Below, piece by piece: positions 28,751-38,314 of a stretch of 64,000 bases of DNA. Position 1 is the first letter of the stretch; the number at the start of each line of letters is the position of its first letter. The notes beneath the pieces were generated by a model. The model did no database searches. It had not been told where the DNA came from and was given only the letters and a program-made list of their open reading frames with translations. The DNA comes from a virus: positions 2,525 to 66,524 of the IMG/VR virus record IMGVR_UViG_3300033145_000733, one strand, 5' to 3'. The position numbers and the translations under genes were made by a program.

Positions 28751-31296
28751 TTAGTTTGCCTCCTTATTTTTTATACTATTGCCAAATACCTGTTATAACC
28801 GTATGATATGAAACTTGCCCTGTGATTACAGATGTTGCCGAATGACTCAATGTACTCTGACATACAACGCCCATACTTGTATGCTAAAGACTTTGGGTTT
28901 CTCGTTGCCTGACTCTTGTATGGGTCAATAATTACCATAATGATTATTGAGTTTGGTAAGATGCCCTTTATGAAGTTTACTAGCTCTGGAGTTTGAGCCT
29001 CTACAAAAGCCCCATTTATGTATACCAAAGAACGATTATTAGAAGGCTTTATCTTACGTACCCATCTTTCGGCATTACCAAACATATTGACCGCTTTAAT
29101 ACCAAGCCTGACAGTGTAGTTCTCAATCCACTTGTACTTTGAGGCATCATTGGTATTGATGAACACTCTAAGAGGATGGCTATGGTCTATCACCGCTTTT
29201 GTATCTCTAGCCACCACTCCAACTCCCTTTACTATTGCCTCTAACCCTTCAGCGTAGAGCAGATACAAGTCGTCAAAATGCCACATACGTGATAGTATCT
29301 TTGTTATTAGCGGCATCTTAGTCTCACTACCTTCTGGCATTATCAACAATGGGGTGAAGTGTGGTTTGGCTTCTACCATTGCTCTCTGTTGAACAGCCCC
29401 ACCAGCTCCAAATACTAGATTAAGTATTTTGAATGATGTCTCTAGAACTGCCATACTCTTTAACCTTCCTGCTATGAATTTGGCTGTATAACGCTTTAAC
29501 AGGGTAGCCATTCGGTAATATACCTCTTCCCTGCAACAGTTCAACTATCTCACGACCTGTTTTGCCCTCTTCCCTAAGACTGTCTATCTCTTGCCAGGGC
29601 AGGTCACTTGTGCAAACTCGCTTTGTATTCTTAGCCTTCAGCATCTTAGGTTTGGTTTTATTTGCCAGAACTGGATTAGTAGTGAACACGGATGGTTCTG
29701 CCATGTTGTCTATCCTGAAACATATCCTCTGAGCCGTCAATACCTTTGTGTTCAAATCAAAACTAGCACCACCATCCCCTGAGCCAATGATTTCCATAAT
29801 TTGCATTTTCTGCCTCCTTTTATTTTTGGTGATAATATATTTGCCATACTTCCCATAGACAGTTATTATACTTGTCATTATACCAATATGCTTGCTGTTC
29901 CAGTTCTGCCACCTTGTGTTCATAGATAGTTGAGGTTAAAAGATAGCCGCCAAGACCACCCAATATAATTCCAATGGTATAGGCTAACAACATAACAACA
30001 GCTTTTTTCATGTTTGCCTCCTTAGTAAAAAATATAATTGTTTTGCCAGAGTTGCGGCTTTCTTCAAGCAATCACCATGATAAAATGTTTCAGAATAACG
30101 GATACCCATGATTGTTAGCCTCCTCTGTTTTGTAATTCTTTCCTTGACCTGGCTAATCCACCCGAATTATTCTTTGATGCAGGTGTGGCTTTTGTTGGGA
30201 ATGGGTCTGGATATTCCCACCAATAATACGGTTTGTTATCATTGTCTTGTGCCTGTCTTTCCCTGTTTTCCTTTGCCTTTTGTAAGTCCTCACACATTAC
30301 GTTAGCCATACTTTATGCTCCCATCCTTTGTTCGGCTGCACACATAGCTTCCGTATCGTTCCACTCATTCGTAGCCTCTTCATCTTCTTCATATAGCGTA
30401 TGGGCTATCGTTGATGCTTTGCTTTCATCAGTGCCGATTGGTAGTTCAGTCCAGTTCATTATGCCATTTGAGTCAGTATGTTTAATATTGAAGCTCACTT
30501 TAAAATCAGACTCATCATCTTCTGCCTGATACCAATGTCTGACGATACAGATTTCTACTTTGCCTTCACTCTTTGTGAAGAAGATTTGGCGAGTGTCTGG
30601 AAAATCAAATCCACAATCCCTCATGTTAGCCTCCTTCGCATTGCTGGCAATCCAGTTCATTGTATAAATCCCTAAGTGCCTCACCCTCTTCCTCTGTGAG
30701 AATTGGTGCGGCTTCCAGCTTTTGTATGCTGGCTTTGATAGATTGCTTATGTGTTATGTTTTCCATACTTTATGCCCCCTCATTTTCTGAGTCTAAATAT
30801 TCCTGTGCCCCTGGTGTTATAGTCCTGTTAATGATGGTGACATGTGCCCTGTCTACCCCACCAAGCAGAGTGGCGAGAGTCTCAGCACATATAGCTAACT
30901 TGCCAACTTCACGCTCCATCCACTCTGGTATCAGCTCCAACATGGAAGTATCATTATCTGAAAGAGCCTTGTGGAGTTGTTTATCATAGTCTTGTAGCCT
31001 ACCTTGAACTTCGTAGGTAGCAATCCTGGCACACCGTAGCATTGCTTCATAGTCTAGTGTTGCCTCTTGGAATGATAAGTCATTATTTGTTTTCATTTTG
31101 CCTCCTTATATTATTTTAGTTACTTTAATTACCTCAAAACTATCAGTAACATACTCGCCATCTTTTACAGGGTCACAATCACTGGCTCGTTCTGTGGCTT
31201 CCTGTTCTGACTCCGCACCGATTACCACGGCTTCCATCTCTACCCGCCACCTTACACTGTAAACGCCCCCACTACTACCAATAGCTGTAATAACCA

Positions 31297-31893
31297 TTAG
31301 CCACCTCCTTTCTTATTTTCTTTCAGTACCACTTTAATTCTTTTAATTACGGCAGTTATCTGTTTTCTGTCTAACAAACCACCTAACTGCCTGTAAAATT
31401 TTCGTGGGTCTTTGGCTACATCCTGCATTTTCTGTTTAATCTTAGTTGGCAATTCAACGTAGTCAAAATCATCTGCATATCTATAATCACGAAACGAATA
31501 AGCATTATCAATTGCCCACACTCTACCACTTGGCTTAACCAGCCAGTTACCACCATGTCTATCAGTGTTGCAAATAAGATAATCAAACATTTCCAGTAGT
31601 GGCGGTTGGGGTTGGCATGGACGTTTGCCACGCACCCATTTCATAGCAGAGACTACTTCGCCATCCACCAAGTGAAGTATGGTAGATGGGACTAAGCCTA
31701 ATCCAAGCATTTCGTTGATAATGTATGCCGCTCTTTCGTGGTATGGAGAATGGCTCTCATCATTATCTCCTGTTGGCGACACACCTTTCAGCCACACAGG
31801 AATACCATCAATTTTACCCTTTCTGCCCCTGAACAAAGCTGTTGGTGTGCCAGGTGTTGGTTTTACTGTTTGCAACACTGTTTGTGCAACCAT
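31297..31893 (-). CDS. PI3/4-kinase-like (HipA/SCO1664-like) kinase
   Basis: ERAAY, LGLVP, FDYLICNTDRH.GN, WAIDNAYSF. Confidence 0.8.
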   Translation of the reverse strand: MVAQTVLQTVKPTPGTPTALFRGRKGKIDGIPVWLKGVSPTGDNDESHSPYHERAAYIINEMLGLGLVPSTILHLVDGEVVSAMKWVRGKRPCQPQPPLLEMFDYLICNTDRHGGNWLVKPSGRVWAIDNAYSFRDYRYADDFDYVELPTKIKQKMQDVAKDPRKFYRQLGGLLDRKQITAVIKRIKVVLKENKKGGG

Positions 31894-33164
31894 TTAGCCT
31901 CCTATGTATTCAAATTTACTTTGCTTGCCCAATGCAGTTGCTCGTAGATGCTTAATGGCATTGCACAAAGTAATTTTGTCCGTTTTACCCACTGCCACAT
32001 GAAACCAATGGTTTGCTGAGAATGAACCTATTCGGACATACGAACCCTTACCATCTTTGGCTGGAGAACCATCAATTCCCCACTCAAAAACCTGCTTCTC
32101 GCCACCATCCCAATAACCTTGAACTGGGTGCGGCAACGTTTGTCTTAACTTCATTTGCCTTCTCCTTTCTTAGTACAGATACCGTTGGCGTTGAAATACT
32201 CATCACTGTATGGGCAACCATCACAGTCCTGTACTATTATACCGTCTATCTGGCATATCTCCTCATCAGTGTCATTCTTCATTAGATGCCACCTCCTTTC
32301 ATAACCTTTGTAGTAGTAATTTTATTTTTGCCCCTAACTACCTTGATACTGAAGCCCCTGTCAAATTCCGTTATTGGAATATACTTATGGTTATTTGAAC
32401 GATGCCGTTTAAAGAACATATCAACACGGAAGCGAACAGGAACGCCATATTTACTTAGTGCTTCACGCCACTTCAAAACTTCATCCAAACCTTTGGCTAT
32501 GTCTTTACTGTCAATGTAGAAAACATCTTCGCCATTCTCAGTACCTTTGCAGTCACACAACCAGATAGTGCCATCACGCTTGTCTATCGTCAGAGTATCT
32601 ATTTCTCTGGCAATACGGTAAGCTACGTTACCTTTATCTTTCTGGCTTCTGACTTCATCCTGCTCTTGGCGAGTTGCTTCCTCATTCCTTAGAGCTTTGA
32701 ATTCTGCCTCATTCATAATCTACCTCATTTCGCCGCTGGAATTAGTTTACCAGAGTTTATCTCAACGCCGTAGAGCTTCTCTGGATTATCGGCTTTCTTC
32801 AAGAACATCCTTACTGATTTTGGGGTTTTGTAAGCCTTGATGGTAATTGCTGTGCCTTCCTCTTTTACTTGATACGGCGTAACATGAACTACCACACCAG
32901 TAAAAACTCTAGGCTCGGCACGAAACAGATGCTTATGCTCAACACAATGAGGGCAGAGCTGAAACTCTTGTAGTGGCGTTAATCCTCTCGTTGTGCAGAA
33001 ACATCTGCGATGCCTAATCCACCCCTCATAGTCATAACGGATGTCGGCTGTGTCCTTTTCTCCACGAGACGGGCAAACTTTCTCAAAGTAGAAGCCGTCA
33101 CAGTGGAACTTTTCCTGTTTCTTCGCCATTTCGTCTCCTTTCCATAGTATGACCCACTATTACG

Positions 33165-33193
33165 ATCGTATCATATGCCGAGATGATAGTCAA
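33165..33193 (-). promoter_or_regulatory. first leftward promoter of the left arm
   Basis: TTGACT-17-TACGAT with GGCATATGA spacer. Confidence 0.6.
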
Positions 33194-33339
33194 GTGTTTT
33201 GTCTGGCGAGATCTAGTAAAGTGGCTCTGTTCTGCAACACGGCATAGGCTTAAAAATTGTGGTGGGTGGGCTTGGTCTCGGCATTCCCCCATACCTACCT
33301 ATATATACAAGGCAACATATGTAACGAACAGTAGACAAC

Positions 33340-33439
33340 GGCTTCAGAGAATTTAATATGAAGTGGCTTCAGAGAATAAGTAGAATGATTAACGGCTTCA
33401 GAGAATAACGGGTAGTATTTGATAGTGGCTTCAGAGAAT
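33340..33439 (+). repeat. four direct repeats of GGCTTCAGAGAAT
   Basis: copies start at 33340, 33365, 33394 and 33427. Confidence 0.9.
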
Positions 33440-33934
33440 ACTACTTGAACAGTAGTGTACATTCCATGTTCAGAGAGAAATTCAAAGTTGCCTCTTCGTA
33501 TGGTGTATTGTAAATTGCTTTACGTAGTGTAGTGTATATAGTGGTATATTTGCCTGGGGAACGAAGCAAAGTATAAAGCCACCCCGCAACGATTGTTCTG
33601 GCTCATTTGCCAGCTATGTTGAGCATGGCGTTATTGCCTAGTATAGTGTAGTATTTGGAAGATGAGGCAAATATTTTGAACGTAGTTGCCTTTTTAAACG
33701 GCTCTCAACGAACCTCTGCTGTTCAGGTTAGTGGCACTATTGCCATGTTTTTTACCATGCTATACGGCTTTATTGCCTAAGGCTTTATTGCCGTTAACCT
33801 CTAAAGATACGCACTACAGCCTTTGGTATGCCGTAACCACACTATGCTATTAGTAATGGTATTATTGCCGTATATTTGGATATGGCGTTTTTTCTTGACC
33901 GTGGAAACTACCATAATATAGCCACAAATAAATG

Positions 33935-33997
33935 TTGACAACGTAAAAGGCTTGTGGTATAAAACTACTTGACTTTCCAACGGGCATGTGGTAAGAT
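33935..33997 (+). promoter_or_regulatory. tandem rightward sigma70-type promoters
   Basis: TTGACA-17-TATAAA (33935-33963) and TTGACT-17-TAAGAT (33969-33997). Confidence 0.7.
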
Positions 33998-34029
33998 CTA
34001 GGTAGACTAAAAAAAGGAGGTTAAAACCG

Positions 34030-34290
34030 ATGCGCAAGGCAAAAGACCGAGCAAGAGCAAAGTCGGGCATCATCTTCCGAGACGGCAGCTATGTCAGCAA
34101 GGAAGAATGGTATGCGGCACATCCGACACGTGAGATGAGGCTACAGCAACAGGTAAGCGTAGATGAGGCGGTAGCTGAGATGGTGGCTACCAAACCCAAC
34201 GCCCCATACTTCTGTGCGAAGTGCAATTGTCGCCACATCAAAGGTAAAGTGTATAACAGTCATTTAGTGTACGCTAAGAAGGAGGCATAA
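34030..34290 (+). CDS. small Zn-finger-like protein
   Basis: AAGGAGG ribosome-binding site; CAKC...H...H. Confidence 0.65.
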   Translation: MRKAKDRARAKSGIIFRDGSYVSKEEWYAAHPTREMRLQQQVSVDEAVAEMVATKPNAPYFCAKCNCRHIKGKVYNSHLVYAKKEA

Positions 34291-34291
34291 C

Positions 34292-34513
34292 TTGTATACC
34301 AGAAATAACTACAAGACCAAAAAGGCACTCAAGGAAGCTGTGGTGACTGGCGAAAAGGTTACCATCTTTCAACCTGGTGGCATGTTTGACCCACCTGAGA
34401 ACAAGTCTGACTTCACTGGCACCGCATTTTGTGAAGGTCCACACTATCCTGCGCCCCATACCTGGTATGCTGAGGTTACGATGCAGAACGGCATTGTGAC
34501 CAAAGTTAAATAG
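34292..34513 (+). CDS. conserved small phage protein
   Basis: YKTKKALKEAV...EGPHYP.PH.WYA...KVK; AGGAGG site, TTG start. Confidence 0.7.
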   Translation: MYTRNNYKTKKALKEAVVTGEKVTIFQPGGMFDPPENKSDFTGTAFCEGPHYPAPHTWYAEVTMQNGIVTKVK

Positions 34514-34630
34514 TGGGGCTATTAACTTTCATTGTCTTTGCAGGGGTTTTCATTGGAATAGCGGCAAGAAAGGGGGTGGTTACAGGCTACAAGTAACTTG
34601 GTAAACAGTTAAGATTAAAATTTATAAACT

Positions 34631-34661
34631 GAGGAAAGCGGGGCATGGCTCCGCTTTCTTC
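34631..34661 (+). terminator. probable intrinsic terminator hairpin
   Basis: GAGGAAAGCGGGGC-ATG-GCTCCGCTTTCTTC. Confidence 0.6.
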
Positions 34662-34811
34662 GTATTCTAGTTAATGGCTGCTGTTCAGTATCATGGCTCT
34701 ATTGCCAGATGGGTAAGGTCTGTTCTATAAGTTTTGCCACAATAGCTGTTCTGGCTTTTTTGCCAAAGATCTAAACAGTTTGTGCTGTTCTGGCTTTTTT
34801 GCCACAATAGC

Positions 34812-35106
34812 TTGACATAACGATGGCTCACTTTACATAATAACCTAAGTGCGACACAAAATTTTTATGTCAAGTAAATTTGCTTTACATAACGATTTTA
34901 GTCTCAGATTATGTAAACTACGGAATTTTTACTTAACATAACAAGTTGACATAAGAACATTAGTGCGCTCCAATAGTGGGACGTACTAATGCTATTATGT
35001 AAAGTAATTTCGTGCGTGGATTATGTAAAGCTAGTCTCACTGGTACGTACTAAAGGGTATTATGTAAAGCTGGATAGTGCGCTGGTATAAAACTTTACTA
35101 TGTAAA
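34812..35106. repeat. array of TTDACATAA boxes in both orientations (10 exact, 1 variant)
   Basis: boxes at 34812, 34832, 34865, 34884, 34909, 34933, 34946, 34995, 35021, 35060; variant at 35098. Confidence 0.85.
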
Positions 35107-35370
35107 AATATATTTTGCAATTCGGTCAATTAGGGGTTGACAAATGGTAGATTTTAGTATAGTATAGTGGTAGGGTAAAAAAAAAACTTCGGGGGGTTGA
35201 CCATGAAATAAGAAAAACGGTAAGCGATAAACCATAAAATAAGTCGCACAAAGCTATTAGCGGAAACACTAAAATCAGTTTGCTATGCTGATACTAAGCT
35301 AGAATTGATAACTCTAGGTGCTAAAAAAAGTTATCACAGTAAAATAAAATAATGGGAGTATAAAAACATA

Positions 35371-36063
35371 ATGGTTGACACCACAACGAAAACTGGAATT
35401 TCACCCTCGACACTGGGGAGAGAGAGAAAACGCTATTTTGAGCTTTCACAGCTTGACGGGGTAACCAAAAAACAGATAGAAGCTCAGATGAAAGTTGACG
35501 CTAAAAGGTACGCTAAAAAGCTCAACAAGGAAATCAGCTTCGAGGACTACAAACTGGATATTGAAACTCTACCACAGCGAACCAATAGCGGAAAGCGTGA
35601 ACATGACAAGGTAGAGAGAGACGCCCTAATCGTTGAAACTCAACACCTTAACGCCCCAATAAACTTGGCTATCCTATCCGATAGGGGAGAGGTGGAATTA
35701 TCTAATGCTGACAAGGTAATTGCATTTAACGAGTTAGGAAAACACGGTAACATCTTAACCACACACCTTGTATCAGCTTTTGACAAGGTTGGAGCAATGA
35801 CCATGCTACACGCACCACAGTCATTATTGTGTGTGCATATTGCAGGGTGGGAAGACGGTAGTAAAAACCTACGCTTTCAATACGCACCTAGAAAACTACC
35901 CATAACAAAACGGTCAGGATATAGAGATGATAGCTTTATCGCACCAATATTCGAGATAGCACCAAAACCACCTAAAGGAAAACAGAAAAAAGAGGTGGTA
36001 ACAGACACGGAAAACACGGTCACGGAAGTGGAAAACACGGTCACGGAAAACACGGAAAACTAA
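35371..36063 (+). CDS. hypothetical protein with C-terminal TENTV repeats
   Basis: 230 aa; GGGAG ribosome-binding site; upstream promoter-like TTGACA at 35137. Confidence 0.75.
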   Translation: MVDTTTKTGISPSTLGRERKRYFELSQLDGVTKKQIEAQMKVDAKRYAKKLNKEISFEDYKLDIETLPQRTNSGKREHDKVERDALIVETQHLNAPINLAILSDRGEVELSNADKVIAFNELGKHGNILTTHLVSAFDKVGAMTMLHAPQSLLCVHIAGWEDGSKNLRFQYAPRKLPITKRSGYRDDSFIAPIFEIAPKPPKGKQKKEVVTDTENTVTEVENTVTENTEN

Positions 36064-36366
36064 AATTTTAACTGATAGTCTACTAGTCTTAACAGTATAA
36101 CATAAGACTAGTAAGGGAGGTTAACATAATGTGCGAAAACTGCAAAATTCCAAATTGTCCGATACTTAACAAGTCAGAGTGTCCGATAAACAAACTATGC
36201 AAACAGCTTGATGATGCGACAGCCGAATTACTGGCGGAAGCTGACAAGCTGACAAGTGGTAAGTAAATGCTAGATTTAAAATGTGAGAACTATACTACGG
36301 CGGAAGCAAATAGACTAATGGTAGAAAAACAAGAGAATATAGAAAACTACCCCATTGACCCCGAAC

Positions 36367-36458
36367 TTGACATAACCTGGAAGTTTAGTAATTGACATAA
36401 CATGGGGATGCTTTACTTTACATAAAGTTATCCCCATACCCCCGCCCACTTTACATAA
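36367..36458 (+). repeat. second TTDACATAA box cluster (4 copies)
   Basis: 36367, 36392, 36417, 36450. Confidence 0.8.
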
Positions 36459-36566
36459 CAAAAAGGGGCGTCTAAGCCAGCATCGCTACGTTGTGTTGGA
36501 TCTATTAGGCTAGAATATTTTTGAGAGTTGCCTCCAGTTTATGCTAAGAATAGTTGGTGGGGGGGC

Positions 36567-36595
36567 TTGACAATACCACATGTATATGATATAAT
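36567..36595 (+). promoter_or_regulatory. sigma70-type promoter
   Basis: TTGACA-17-TATAAT with TG. Confidence 0.75.
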
Positions 36596-36615
36596 ATATA
36601 TATAGAGGTACAAGT

Positions 36616-36776
36616 ATGAGAAAGACTCTGTATGTTATATTGGGTGCAAGTACTCTTTACCTTGTCATGGACATTGTGATGAATGTATCGTGCGGTTTAA
36701 GTGTTATACTACAAAAAGTTTGGGGTTAGATATTACTGAGAAAGAGATGGGGCTTATAAATGAAAACAATTTATAG
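36616..36776 (+). pseudogene. frameshifted small gene carrying Cys module (CHGHCDECIVRFKCYT)
   Basis: ATG at 36616 is one base out of frame with the motif (36663-36710); the motif frame has no ATG upstream of the motif. Confidence 0.45.
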
Positions 36777-37170
36777 TACTGGGGCTTTTGGAGAGCCATA
36801 TAGGATTGAAGTAAGTAATGATTTGCTGAATGAAGTCATCTTTGCTCAAGAACAACTTAATACTATGCGGTGGGAGTGTGAGGTCTATTTGCCCGTACCC
36901 ATCGTTCCATTGAATGTTGATAAACATCTTAATGCTGAGATAGTAGTAAGAAAAAATTCAGTTTATATTTGCATGGAAGGTCCAGATGGAAAGGAACTAA
37001 TGTTAGATGACAAAGACTTACTTGACATACCTGATGTGTACGTTAGTAGAGATTTTGAATTTTCGCTATCAGACCATGTTTTTAGCTTAACGTCACGTGA
37101 CATAGACATGATTGCTACTTGGAAAGCACTTAAACAGAGAAAGTTTGAGGATTCTAATAAAGTATATTAA
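36760..37170 (+). CDS. hypothetical protein
   Basis: 136-aa ORF. Confidence 0.6.
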   Translation: MKTIYSTGAFGEPYRIEVSNDLLNEVIFAQEQLNTMRWECEVYLPVPIVPLNVDKHLNAEIVVRKNSVYICMEGPDGKELMLDDKDLLDIPDVYVSRDFEFSLSDHVFSLTSRDIDMIATWKALKQRKFEDSNKVY

Positions 37171-37609
37171 ATATTTTTGTGTTTGTGCGTAGTTTAAAGT
37201 GGTCTGCCAGGTATGTTTTCATTAGTGATCTAATAGGGGAGATATTATGAAAATAAGATTATACAGTAATCCCAATGGTACAGGATGGTTAGGTTGGGTT
37301 GACAACTGTAAGAATCAAGTAGTAGCGTTTATTCGTCTTGATGGTTCTTTAGTTTTTGAGTGGTAGGTAGTTTTTAACTGGTATAGGAGTTGTAATGTTA
37401 TACATAGTAGGAAAAGTAAATCCTGAGAATTATTTAGAGTGGGAATTTATGGGTATATTCTCAACAGAAGAATCGGCGGTTAAAAATTGCATAACTTGGG
37501 AACACTTTGTAGGTCCAGTAGATTTGGATGTAGCTCTTCCACAAGAACAAATTTTGTGGGAAGGTGCTTATTACCCAATAGCTGATAAGTACTACGAAGA
37601 GAATTAAAT

Positions 37610-37945
37610 GGGGGCGCGTGGTTTCGACAGGGTTACTATAAACACATAAGCAGGTAGTCTTTAGTGAGTAGACTATAAACAGCACCAAAAAATAAGTGCA
37701 AAACTTAAATTATTCGTAGTTCTAAAAGAAGGACTACTCTTCCTCGATGATGCTCCTGTTACGGTTCTTGGGGAAGACTGTTTAGTAACAGAAAAACCTG
37801 GTACACCTCTAACAGTATAAACTAGAGATGCGCTCAACGTTGAAATTGTTGTTTGATAAACGTTGCTAAGAAATAAACTAATATACCTGTAGAAAATGTG
37901 CTAAAGGTTATTCTGGACGGGGAGTTCGACCCTCCCCCGCCTCCA
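37610..37945 (+). ncRNA. ssrA: tmRNA
   Basis: 5' GGGGGCG..GGTTTCGAC; 3' GGACGGGGAGTTCGAC..CGCCTCCA; 7-bp acceptor stem with G3:U70; resume context ATAAGT-GCA and tag ORF 37698-37820. Confidence 0.9.
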
Positions 37946-37970
37946 CATTATTATATAAAAAAATTATAAA

Positions 37971-38021
37971 AAAATGAGTTCAATATAATAAAATGAGTTC
38001 AATATAATAAAATGAGTTCAA
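37971..38021 (+). repeat. 19-bp tandem repeat AAAATGAGTTCAATATAAT (2 full, 1 partial)
   Basis: direct reading. Confidence 0.85.
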
Positions 38022-38314
38022 GACATATAATAGTTAGAGATGGTTTAGGTAATTATCATTATTCATTCTGGTGTGATTCAAATAGTTGTGCTGATTGTAT
38101 GTTAAGATTTCAGTGCTTCACGTCTCGCTCAGGGTCAATAACGGCAATATTTCCAACAGATGTTATAGATGAAAGAGTGAAAGAATTAAGAAACAAGTGT
38201 TGGAGGTTGAGAGATGGAAGTTCAATCACTAGAAGTATCCACCCAGAAAATTTTACCAAGGGGAACTCTTCCAAGAAGGGTTGGGTTGGCACCAGGTTAT
38301 ACACAAAACTGTAG
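38012..38314 (+). CDS. hypothetical protein with Cys module (CADCMLRFQCFT)
   Basis: motif in translation. Confidence 0.7.
   Translation: MSSRHIIVRDGLGNYHYSFWCDSNSCADCMLRFQCFTSRSGSITAIFPTDVIDERVKELRNKCWRLRDGSSITRSIHPENFTKGNSSKKGWVGTRLYTKL

Noticed and set aside
804-32519. Plus-strand ORFs overlapping left-arm genes (e.g. 6384, 17561, 22601, 26122)
   Set aside because: Antisense shadows of well-supported minus-strand genes, with no recognisable motifs.
33340-33439. GGCTTCAGAGAAT repeats as a CRISPR array
   Set aside because: Repeats are 13 bp and spacers 12-20 bp, too short and variable; no cas genes in the window.
36130-36267. Small Cys-rich ORF (MCENCKIPNCP...) as another module copy
   Set aside because: Spacing is C-x2-C-x4-C and it lacks the RF-x-C-[YF]T signature.
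37905-37945. Stand-alone tRNA gene
   Set aside because: The T-arm and acceptor strand pair with 37610-37616 and belong to the tmRNA.
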